Positions 34,501 through 44,050 of a stretch of 44,941 nucleotides of DNA are shown piece by piece; within the stretch, counting starts at the first letter, position 1; every line of letters begins with the position of its first letter. Source of the DNA: Hydrurus foetidus (taxonomy: Eukaryota); the NCBI GenBank assembly GCA_900617105.1, contig UYFQ01000332.1, positions 1 to 44,941 of the forward strand. The letters are read 5' to 3'. The translations under genes and the position numbers were made by a program. The notes under the pieces were generated by a model. It searched no databases. It was not told where the DNA came from and worked only from the letters and a program-made list of their open reading frames with translations.

Positions 34501-36276
34501 TCGACGCAATCAGAGGAGAGAGTCATCGAGTTCTTTTGCAGTGGAGAAGGTGCTTTCGTCACGACGAATCCACCCGTGCGATCTCTCGCGACAGCACACA
34601 GCATTGAGGAAGTAATGAAGAGACATCGCATCGAGATGGGAAGAAACGAAACGAGTAACATCAGCGTTCGCGAAGCACTGAAGAGCAGGGGCGATGAAGC
34701 GAAGAGGGTAATCGTCCAGGAGCTTAAACAGATGCTCGACAAAAAAGTGTGGGTTCCAGTGTTGGGATCGAAACTCACCGCGCAGGAGCGAACAGCGATT
34801 ATTCGCTCGTCCATGTTCATCAAGAGGAAGAACAACCCGGACGGTAGCTTTCAGAAATTGAAGGCGAGATTGGTGGCTGGTGGAGACCAGCAAAACAAGG
34901 AGCTATATGACGATCTGTCGTCACCAACGGTATCCACCAGTGCAGTGTTTACGATGTTGGCGGTGGCTGCGCACGAAAATAGGCACGTGGCAGTTGTAGA
35001 CATCAGCGGAGCGTTTCTAAACGCAGACATGACTCTGGGGGTGCCAGTGCACATACGCCTGGACCGCACCATGTCAGACTTCGTGACGGAGATGGACGGT
35101 AGGTATCGCAAGTACATCAACACTGGAGGGGGGATCATAGTACAACTGAAGAAAGCACTCTACGGGTGCGTAGAGAGTTCGGGATTATGGTACGACAACC
35201 TCCGATCAACTATGACCAATCTGGGATACGAAAGGAACGGGTGCGACAAATGCGTCTTCAACAGGGTGGGGCTAGACGGCCACCAGTGTACAGCCGCGAT
35301 CCATGTGGACGATCTGCTCATCATGAGCAAGAGCAGAGAGTCCATGTCGCACTTGATCGACGGGCTTAGAAAAAGGTACGGTATCATCACACTTGCACAT
35401 GGCCCTACCATCAATTACTTAGGTATGTCCATAGACATGCACGTACGCGGACAAGCCATGATCACCATGAAGGGGTACTCGGACGAGATCGTCAAGACAT
35501 CGGGGGTGCAGGGGGCAGCGAAGTCGCCAGCAACAGATGGGCTGTTCGAGGCGAGAGAGGGTGCAGCCATGGTGAGTGAGCCCACCAGGGTATGGTTCCA
35601 CAAGGTGGTGGCGATGATACTGTACCTGGCGAAGAGGACCAAGCCGGAGTGCCTCACAGCGGTGGCCTACCTGGCTACAAGGGTGAACAAGTGCACAGTG
35701 GACGACGTGGAGAAACTGCAGAGACTGGTGCGCTATATTCACTTCACTCGGGACGCTGGAGTGGTGATGAGGCCGGGTGCAGGCGGACTGTCGGTGAGGC
35801 TATTCGTGGACGCGTCATACGGGGTGCACAGCGACGGGAGGTCACACACAGGGAGTTGTGTGGTCATTGGCGATGTAGGAGCAGTCCATTGCCGATCATC
35901 GAAACAACTGATCGTCACCAAGTCGAGTACGGAGGCGGAGCTTGTCGGGCTGTCCGACTCAGCCAATCAAGGCATCCACGTCAGGAGTTTCCTCACCGCG
36001 CAGGGGTACACCATGGGTCCAGTCACCATATATCAAGACAACCAGTCGTGCATGGCACTGGTGGAGCGCGGGAGGTCGGGTGCGGAGCGGACGCGGCACA
36101 TTCACATCCGGTACTTCTGGATCAAAGAGCGGGTGGACACCGGTGAAGTGCGAGTGGAGTACCTGCCAAGTGCGGACATGTACGCGAACGTGCTGACAAA
36201 GCCGCTCCAGGGAAGCCAGTTCAAGAGAGAGAGAGACGGTCTAACGGGATGGACCGAGGGGACCATGGCGAGTTAG
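31522..36276 (+). CDS. Copia-C Gag-Pol polyprotein, 1584 aa
   Basis: CCHC knuckle CFVCCGTGHYARDC; protease LLDNQASVN; integrase core VDIVF...MSDGE...IERRI; RT KLKARLVAGG, LKKALYG, IHVDDLL; RNase H FVDAS, SSTEAEL, YQDNQS. Confidence 0.97.
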   Translation: MPPKKQEEPKSGTEACILKIGRYNNVVQWREEMQDQACALYGMTGMFFTTDASHFIPYPREEDYNPAAPPAEQGADEAGTDDDEDPDENPVLGPVVAPVVLPAALIERLRLNAFESRRKAVELQKVDEQKLWPLMWSRMSTGSKSKVREESGYETTRIRLDSVKLWEYIRKSHLTHIYREDDSMRAVNIHEQTIRYNYLRQGDREIIGEFKTRFDNQVLANRGVGMAEVEESIRAIDFLSKLDPKRYTGMLTVMRNNAVQNLPNSYPPTLAGAYRVASSWTNSSGVVPLGGEQHSAFLTDLAMPAKEKVAGKKAKGKTATPKKKPSSSVTCFVCCGTGHYARDCEERKVGEQALYVDIEEDLDEDETVDETAFVTTTEVVLFSKSHVLLDNQASVNIFCNPNLLTDIRKSKRGILLNGVQLEADAVRVDMEGDFGEVGPVYFSKGATANILSFAAMVDRGADIRYDHAAGRFTLKPAGSRNIYSFCRQPVPGSNGRFYVCDVRSMVRATPSHHPIRTALVTTVSDNMARYTKREIASAGRARELLARMGYPPVEMAIAMIRGGNNFDVSENDIRVAHSIWGKCLASMRGRTHKKSSPVADISLTPALVQVEQVLAVDIVFIDTTAILIAVSTPLDLTLACSLIRVDFGKTSRAAAVVKGALDEMICVLKSRNFAVQVIMSDGEGAIGKIRFELMALGIELDISAAGGHVARIERRIQMVKEHARAHICGRLPFTLTDLGNTYLVLYYVSRINCQQSGSRPGGLSPRELYSGQRVDGNLDFRAAFGDYAVCTVPKTENTMTSRTEDCIVMLPTHNRTGSFKMLSLSSGKIVTRDQFKILPMPQSVVNTLNAMASREGKKITKSSVHVFDELLFANSLDKSNMPRFITNPPTQDTVDTAAMGPQVDQPQPTIADLPTADNVLEIPQSEVGGGVSIPEHRILESEELTGTHTGTESPPPPSTLCSADVRTPVPSPVPELPAMESTEAQISTVALEQSTQSEERVIEFFCSGEGAFVTTNPPVRSLATAHSIEEVMKRHRIEMGRNETSNISVREALKSRGDEAKRVIVQELKQMLDKKVWVPVLGSKLTAQERTAIIRSSMFIKRKNNPDGSFQKLKARLVAGGDQQNKELYDDLSSPTVSTSAVFTMLAVAAHENRHVAVVDISGAFLNADMTLGVPVHIRLDRTMSDFVTEMDGRYRKYINTGGGIIVQLKKALYGCVESSGLWYDNLRSTMTNLGYERNGCDKCVFNRVGLDGHQCTAAIHVDDLLIMSKSRESMSHLIDGLRKRYGIITLAHGPTINYLGMSIDMHVRGQAMITMKGYSDEIVKTSGVQGAAKSPATDGLFEAREGAAMVSEPTRVWFHKVVAMILYLAKRTKPECLTAVAYLATRVNKCTVDDVEKLQRLVRYIHFTRDAGVVMRPGAGGLSVRLFVDASYGVHSDGRSHTGSCVVIGDVGAVHCRSSKQLIVTKSSTEAELVGLSDSANQGIHVRSFLTAQGYTMGPVTIYQDNQSCMALVERGRSGAERTRHIHIRYFWIKERVDTGEVRVEYLPSADMYANVLTKPLQGSQFKRERDGLTGWTEGTMAS

Positions 36277-36481
36277 GGGTGCGACCCCGAAGGGGGTGCC
36301 ACCATAGTACGGAGAGACTTTAGATTAGACACCACTGCTTCGCAAATCAATTCATTCTTATTTTACTGCTGTCTGCCATGCCAAACAATTTAACGCAGCT
36401 GCATGCTATGCAATAAAATTCACTGCTGCGTTGAAGTAAACTGTTTGATTCATTTTCCATCTGCTGTGTGCCTGTTGGGTG

Positions 36482-36801
36482 TGTTGGATTATCCGGGAAA
36501 AGACATTGTAGTAGATGTGTGTGTATGGATCCCGACGGTCAGCGGCACGCACCCTGTGGGGTCGGGTCGGGGGCCGTCGGTTGCGTGGGCTCATACGAGC
36601 CATTCACCCGATGTTGTGACTGCTTTGGATACTTAGTGCGAGTGACTTGAGATTGTAAGAGCTTCGTTGCCGTCTTGATTGATGACGGTGCACAAGTTTA
36701 AATATCAAGTGATTACACAACACGTCTATTTCACGAGTATTGGGTCGCCGGTTCAACTTATGCGGAGTTGCTAAGCATCCGGATTCTGAGAATCCCCAAC
36801 A
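36482..36801 (+). repeat. Copia-C 3' LTR
   Basis: Repeat of 31177-31496. Confidence 0.96.
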
Positions 36802-36814
36802 GACATAAGGCATA

Positions 36815-37372
36815 AGGTCGGTCCTAGTTGAATTTTGTCTTTATTTCCTGTTTCGTACCTGACAAAAACCAAAACAGGATATTTTTCGATTTTTTTCGAT
36901 TTTCTTTTTTGTAATTTGTACTCCACTAGGACCGACCTAGGGCCGGTCCTAGTGGAGTCCGAAAACCGAAATAGTAATTTCGTACCGAGACCATAAAACC
37001 GAGATGTTTTTCGTACCGAGGGCGAAGCCCGAGGTTCGAAATACTTCGAGGTTTATGGTTGAGTGTACGAACGTTACTTTTTATTCCGATGGGTTCATAA
37101 GGACCCGTTTCGGTCCTGCGGGTCGAAAAGGAATCTTTTTCATACCGGAGGTGCGAAAAGGATTCCTTTTCGACCCGCGCGTTAAAACGGTGAAATCTGG
37201 CCGGAAGCTCATGACCGGAAAAGGGTCTTTATGAACCCTGAGGGATAAAAATGAAATTTCCTGTTTTGTACCCTGGACTTGGACCCTCGATTGTAGTGGA
37301 GTACAAAAACAGAAAACGAAAAAAAAATCGATTTTCCAGATTCAGCACGGTACGAAATCCTTGAACTAGGAC
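36815..37372. repeat. Branched, nested inverted-repeat (foldback) region
   Basis: Perfect stems: 36921-36934/36944-36957 (14 bp), 37118-37135/37161-37178 (18 bp), 37091-37100/37229-37238, 36915-36928/37294-37307 and 36821-36829/37364-37372. An imperfect hairpin at about 36973-37080 is capped by GGGCGAAGCCC. Confidence 0.85.
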
Positions 37373-37497
37373 GAAATTCTCACACTTTTTTGTATCGCTC
37401 TTGTAGAGGTACGGAATTAGAAATATTTTATTTACAATAGTAATAACTCGCCCTACTCACTATCAAATCGACATCTGAAGATTGATTTGAGTTAGAG

Positions 37498-38045
37498 ATG
37501 TTCCGTTCTTCCTTTGATGCTGAAGGAGTTATTGTATTTGATCAATGGGCTGCGTTTAAATGAAAACGCGACAGAAATGATGATGATGACGATGAGGGGG
37601 AAGAGGAGATATTAAAAGAAGAGGAGATGAAGGCTAAAAAGGGATATTCTGCTAGGAACTATAATGGTTATGATCCTGAGCAGGCTATTGAGTCAGAGTG
37701 GTATCGTAGATATGTATCAGGAGTGGGATGGTTCCAACAGAAAAAGCATTTTTAACAGTTTAGACGAAGATTTTGGATGCCTTAAACTGAATTCAAGGGT
37801 TTAGTTACACTGGCTAGGGAACAGCAATGGTTTCCCCATTACGAGCGGGTGAATGCTTACAAACAACCTGGAATACCCTTGGACTTATTTATTCTAGGTT
37901 CTCTCCGTTATCTTGGACGTGGTTGGACCTTTGATGACATTGCCAAGGCTACAGGGGTATCGGAGGAATCTCATCAGATATTTTTTGCACTATTCGTCAA
38001 AGCTTGTAGGAAGTATGTTTATCCCATGTGGGTAAAACGTCCTAT
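37498..38045 (+). pseudogene. N-terminal part of a second PIF/Harbinger-type transposase (Plant_tran-like), interrupted at 38046
   Basis: QFRRRFWMP (canonical FRRRFRM) and LGSLRYLGRGWTFDDIAKATGVSEESHQIFF, with in-frame stops. Homology ends at VKRP, where TGTGAC begins. Confidence 0.8.
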
Positions 38046-39537
38046 TGTGACCCGAACACCCGTACGGGCTGTACGGGTACAGGCGTACGTCCGGTCCGGA
38101 TCGAGGACGATCCGATCCACACGATTCATTGCCATGATATCTGCTGTGTTTACCTGTAAGCTAACCACATTGCTATCATAGCTTTAGCCCCACAGCGTCT
38201 TCCCTTTGTCCACGTGCCCCCAGACCTCCGCTCCCGTTACCCTGAGACCTAGCAAGGCCACAATACCGGTATTTGGAACCAACTAGGATCTCCTTCAGAG
38301 ACCAGTTTCCAAAATCAACAAAAAAAAACCTTGCCGCGACCGTCAAACAGTCGTGCCAAGCAAAAGCGAGTAACTTTTTAAAGTGAAAACAACGTCTAAC
38401 GACACTACAAATGCTCTGTTAAATCGACAGCCTCCAGAACGCCCTCGTTTAGAAGTTCGTTCCGACGACTTTTAACGACATCTCCTCGAGCTCTTCAGAA
38501 AACGAAGGCCGACAAAAGAGAGTAACTTGCAAGCAAGTGAAACCAAACAAATCGTTTCTAAAACGAAAGCTCCAACGCGCACGCCCAACTTCGTTGCCCA
38601 CGAAGCCGTCCAACGCCCCCAACTTTCGACGCGATTTCCTCACGAAATCGCACGACAGTAACCCAATTCCCCTGACTTCTACTGCCACACTCTTAACCTA
38701 CCAGTCTCCATCCTCGACGAACCTACTCCTCATTTCCCTACATCACCGCGTCCGAGTTCCGTCGCTGTCGAAGACGCTCAGTTCCATCCAAATAAGTCCC
38801 GACCAAAATTCACGATGACAAAGAGCCAAAAAGACAAGAGACAGAGCTCTAACTCAATCATCTTCAGCTCTTCGTTCCTAGAAGATGAACGCCTAACCCT
38901 AAAATGGGAAAAGGAACGCCTCAAACAAGTCGCCAAGCGGCGCGAGGCAAATATCGCCGCTTCGACGGCGGCGCTAAGTCAAAAAGCCATCAAGGCTACA
39001 GACACTGAAAGCCGCATCGAAGACGAACAAAAAGCCCACAAGGCAAAACAAGCCGAGAGGCATAACACGCGCATGGCAGAGCGCAAACGTCTCTCCATAT
39101 TGGAGGGCGAGACAGAAGAAAAGGAAAAAGCAGACGATGATCAAAGTCTTTCTGAATTCATGTCGATCATGGGCGAGGTCGTTTCACATAGTGAACCCGC
39201 TACCTTATCACCGGACAACCTCGACAACATCGACAAGGAGGAAAACCAAGGTGGCAATCCGACCCAACAGAATGACGAGGAGGGAGACGGCGATAAAGAC
39301 GATCAAACAGCCGACGGCAAAGTGACATCGGACTCCCACCCCGAATCAGACAAGGAGAACGGGGAGGATGAAACCGGTGAGGAAGACGAGGACGAGGACG
39401 ATGAAAACTACATCGATCTCTCATCGGATGAAGGTAGTCAAGTCCCGTCCGACTCCGAAGATCCGTTCACAGCCAAACTCGAAACCAACAAGCCCGCAGA
39501 GGTGTGGTCGGGAGAGATGCAGAAAGGGGTCGAGGAG
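38046..39537 (+). mobile_element. Gypsy-2: probable 5' end (short LTR about 38046-38194, leader, start of first ORF) of another LTR element
   Basis: Starts TGTGA like the other two gypsy LTRs, exactly where the transposase homology breaks. The leader has ATTTGG...TAGGATC like Gypsy-1 (11223-11245). No second LTR or pol in the window. Confidence 0.55.
38815..39537 (+). CDS. Charged/acidic ORF, probable gag N-terminus of Gypsy-2, truncated by the Gypsy-3 insertion
   Basis: The last codon and stop (TGG TAG) of this 242-aa ORF are supplied by the end of the Gypsy-3 LTR. Confidence 0.5.
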
Positions 39538-39711
39538 TGGTAGGCTTAGTTACAGAGTCGCTATGCTAGAAGCTAGTTAACTTCTAAGTGGACGCTGCAG
39601 ATGGCTACGACGATACTACAGCCTAACTGTAGTGTACAGTAGTAGTACCCGGTAGGATCCGGTAGAGTCGGTACCCGGTAGGATCGGGACCCTGGACCCG
39701 GTACTATCACA
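39538..39711 (-). repeat. Gypsy-3 3' LTR (174 bp, far end inferred)
   Basis: Starts TG right after the PPT and ends CA where the Gypsy-2 ORF resumes. Has internal repeats of GATCCTACCGGGTAC. Confidence 0.7.
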
Positions 39712-40085
39712 TTACCCCCACTTATCTTTCTTTTTTCTAAGAAATCTAAGCTTAATCTGAACTAAATCGAAACCCCCGTTTCTTTGCAAAACTTAATATG
39801 CAACTTAAAATGAAAAAGAAAAGATATTGACAAATTTACAAAATCGAAAATTTGAAAAAATAATAATAAAAGTGAACATAAAAAGTTTTACAAAAGAAAA
39901 GGTGCAGAGAAGAGGGGTTCGATTTCGAAAGATAAGGTGGGGTTGTACAAAAACAGTAGAGTACTGTTGTACGAGGGTCGAAAACGTAATTATGTCAGAT
40001 TTTTACTGACTAAAAAACCATAAAAATCCCTTAGAAAAGGGCAAAAAATAGGCTAAAAAATCTTCAAAAGATAATACGTTCGAAC

Positions 40086-43000
40086 TCAAACCTCATCGGT
40101 TGATCCCTCAAGATTCTTGGGAATAAAACGTGACATGTTATTATTCCTCAAGTATACATGGAGTGCATCACAGAGCCGGAGATTTTTCCAAGGCTCCCAT
40201 GTATTATGTGAGTTATCATAGTTGAGCCATTTAACATGGAACGACATGGATGTCGGTTTCTTTGAATCACCAGTGTGACTAAGAACTTTCTCAACGAAAT
40301 ACTCCATGTAATCGCGACGTGCTGTATCAGCAGGTATGCCCAGCGATGGGTCATAATTGAAAATCTTAAGATTCTTCACATGTACACTATTGTGCTTGTG
40401 TGTAATTAAGTTCGCGAGAACATACTCGGATCCCTCAAGGGAGACAACACGGAAAGAAACTTTCCACTTTGTGTGTAATCGAGTAGGAGGGTGTTCCTGT
40501 TTTACAAGGACATATGACCCTATGGGGAACACTGTCACACCTTGTGTGGACTTTTTGTGTTTGTCATCACATTTCCGAAGAGAAACAATTGCTGCATCGA
40601 GGACCTTGTCCTGTATACCGATGAGATCTGTGATGTATGTTGAATTCGAAGATGTCAACGTGGGTAATAGATGAGGTGTCAAAATACCCCGATTCAAATC
40701 AAGTTTATTGCCGAATAAAATCGAAGCAGGACTTGCATTTGTTGGTCGATTAACTGAACTGTTAATGATGCGTTGAACGAAAGGTATGCATTTAGCATAG
40801 TGTTCAAGGGATGGTGTATCAAACACAAGACCGCGTAAGTGTCTATTCACTTTTTGTTGACCCTTTCTACAATGGGGTCTCTTGTGAGGAGTAAGCCAAA
40901 GTGAGATTATGGGGTGTCCCCGTAAGGTCTAAGAACTCTTTAATGAGATCATTAGCGAAGTGGGATCCTCGATCGGATCTAATCATATTTGGCGATCCGA
41001 ATCGACCAAAATGAGTCAGTAAGCATTCACTTGCAGACTAAGCAGTAGCATCCTTACACCAGAACATTTCTGTCCATCTGGAGAAGGTGTCGATTATGAC
41101 AAGGATATACCCTTTATCAGGGAATGGGCCAATATAATCGATATTTAATGTATCAAAAATAGCATGTGTTGAAGTTGAAAAATGAGCAGCGCTGATTTTT
41201 GTATCAACTGCGCTCAATTTCTGACAGCATGGGCAGTTTCGTATGAACGAGCGTACGTGCTGTTTCATATCTTTCCACACGTGGTTAAGACTAAAGAGTC
41301 GAGTGAGGGTACGGTCGACACCGTTGTGACCAACAATTGCATTGTGGCACATTTTGAATGTAAACATTCTGTTCATCTGTCGGTGGTTCAATAACCGTCA
41401 AAGCGGAAACTGTGTAAGATGACGATGAAGAAGATGATGACGACGTGTCACCATCGGACCTCATTGTCTGAGGCAGAGCAATTTCGGTAAGGTTCGGACA
41501 TAACCGTGACAGAGCATCGGCTAGTTCATTATCTGACCCTTTGACAAAGTGTACGGTAAAATCAAGTTCTTGCATTGCAATGAACCACCGTGTTACCATT
41601 GAGGTAGGGTTTTGTTTCATATAAGTCAAATTCATATGATCCGTATGAATAGTGAACTTTCGGTCTCGAATGAGATAATCGAGTTGTTGGCAACAGAAAA
41701 AGATAGCATAAGCTTCTTTCTGTATTGTCGACCAATTAATTTGTGTTGCCGATAGAGATTTGCTGATGAAGGCAATTGGTCTCCACACGGTGTCGACAAT
41801 TTGGAATAGTACACCACCGATACCATAGTCGGATGCATCAGTATATAATCTGATGGGTGAATCATCATTGATGAAGTACATTAAAGGACAACGCGATACC
41901 GCGATTTTAGTCTCATTAAATGCTAAAGTCCCCTCGGGGGTCCAATATATGGGGGAACGTTTAAGTGCCTTTGGGTCCACCATCATTTGAAGTGGTTTGA
42001 CCATGTCCGAATGAAACGGTACAAATTGACGAAAATAGTTGGCTAAGCCAAGAAATCCACGAAGGGATGTCACTTCTTTAGGAAGCGGGAAGTTGAGTAC
42101 TGTCTCAATCTTTTCTTTAGACATGGATAACCCATCTTTGTCTATGACTCGTCCCACGTATTCTATACGCCCGAGACCGAATCTGCATTTCTTTGCTTTG
42201 AGCCTAAGATTCTGAAGTCGAAATCTCTCAAAGACGTTGCGCAGATTCGTGAGAAACGCTTCTTCGCCCCGGCCATATACAATAAAGTCATCGAGATACA
42301 TCTCGCAACAGTTGTATATGAGACCGTAAAGGACCATTGTCACCATCTGCTCCTGAAAGAAAGAGGGGGATCGACAAGGGCCAAAAGGCAATCTCGTGAA
42401 CTGAAACACCCCCATGAAACATATAAATGCGGTATAGATTCGGTGAGGTGTGTACAGAGGTGCTTGGTGATAACCTGCGGTTAAATCCATCACTCCGTAA
42501 ATATCCGGGTTTTTTATTACCGATCCTCTCAAAGAGGTGTTTGATATTGAGTAGGGGAAAGGAGGCCGACTCAATGCATTCATTGAGTGCACGATAGTCG
42601 ATGCAGGTTCGATACGTATCGGCTGTCTTATTTACCATCACCGGATGATTGTGGTATGCAGCGTTCGACCTCTCGATCACACCATCCTCCGACATTTCTT
42701 CGATTGAAGTGCGGAGGTAATGTTCCTTTTTAAGAGGATTGGGGTCGCATTGGTGCGTGGTTCGATGGAACCTCCAATTTCTGCCGAGGCAGTTTGAACT
42801 CAAACGGCTTGAGGTGTGCAGCTTGCGGGGCTAGCTTATCACTGAAAATATCGGAGTGATGAGAACAGAGAGTACAGAGTTCATTTTTGAAGGCTTTCAT
42901 CTCCCTAAAAATGAATTTGTGACAAAATCATCCGGCCCGTTGGGCGGTACATTTCGGCACGTCTTGTCACGCAAGAAAGGTGCGAAAGTGTCAGTCTTGT

Positions 43001-43748
43001 CATTGTCAATCTCGTCAACGGAGAGTGCGACACCGCTTGGCCATAAGGCTTCCACGTCATAGTCTGATGTAACAGAGTCCCCAGAGGTATGTGTGAGGGT
43101 GGGAATCGAGTCACCACCTAGGTGCGGGGTATCACCCGTACGTTTTGCGAGTCTAGTCGTGACATTAGCCAGTCGCTAACAACCCACATCACCACATGGA
43201 CCTTGGGTCGCGACTCCCTCGGAACCAACCTGGGTAACGTTACACGTGAACGTTGTATGACAACCTGACCTCACGACTTCCTTGGTTAAAGGTGCGTGCA
43301 AAATGGCCTTCTTTGGTTTTGGCTTAGGGCAAAGACCGTATGGCTCTCTTTAACGAGCGAGTTCAGTCTGTGTGATACCCTTCAACAAATCATAGGTTGG
43401 AGTGATCGACTATAACTCAGGTTCCTCGGGTTCGAAACCCTCGGATATCATACGCCTATTATATTTGTGCCAATGAAGTGGGTCAAGCTTTGCTTTCGCT
43501 TCCCTTTCTTCAAACTCGCGCCAACGAGTGTCACATTTCCTTTTGTTCTCAGCACAGAGCGCATGAGAGATACTAAAGTAAAAGGTGTCAATGACATGAA
43601 ATCATAATTATTTACAGTTATACGACTTAACAAAAGTTGAATATCTGTGTTCCTATTAACTCGCAAGGTTAACGGGATAGTATGACATTCACCCTCATAA
43701 GAATGAAGTTTGGCCTTGGCCAAATTTAAAGAAATGTTGAAGTCAAAG
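40086..43748 (-). pseudogene. Gypsy-3 pol (protease C-terminus, RT, RNase H, integrase, chromodomain), frameshifted
   Basis: TCIDYRALN, MDLTAGYHQ, YLDD, YTDASDYGIG, ADALSR, HNGV...CPCC, DYIGP and FHVKWLNYDNSHNTWEPW. Confidence 0.93.
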
Positions 43749-43749
43749 G

Positions 43750-44050
43750 CAGGATCGAACGAACGAGAGCCTGATGTATATATATGAACAAATATATGTA
43801 TGCATATGTATCATTTCCCTAGAATATCACATTGGTTTGTTCGAGAGTCGTGACAATCAACGGTGGAAGGCAATAGATATGGCGTACTAGAGCCTATATT
43901 TCTTCTTGAATATTGCATAGCAATTTTCCAGCATGAAGCTGCGTAAGATTCCTCGGATCAAACTTTTATTTTATTTTTTATTTTTTATTTTTATTTTTAT
44001 TTTTTATTATATTTTGAATCATATAAACAGGATCGAACGTACGAGAGCCT
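43750..44050. repeat. Pair of 23-bp direct repeats at the point where Gypsy-3 homology ends, with a (TTTTTA)n tract between them
   Basis: CAGGATCGAACG(A/T)ACGAGAGCCT at 43750-43772 and 44028-44050 (22/23). Confidence 0.7.

Larger units (their letters stand above)
31177..36801 (+). mobile_element. Copia-C: intact, recently inserted Ty1/copia element, same lineage as Copia-B
   Basis: 320-bp LTRs with one visible mismatch, TSD GACAT (31172-31176, 36802-36806) and a single uninterrupted ORF. Confidence 0.97.
39538..43748 (-). mobile_element. Gypsy-3: minus-strand chromovirus related to Gypsy-1, 5' half missing or displaced
   Basis: 3' LTR TGTGATAGTAC...CCTACCA, PPT TAAGTGGGGGTAA (39712-39724) and pol fragments homologous to Gypsy-1. 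Confidence 0.9.
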
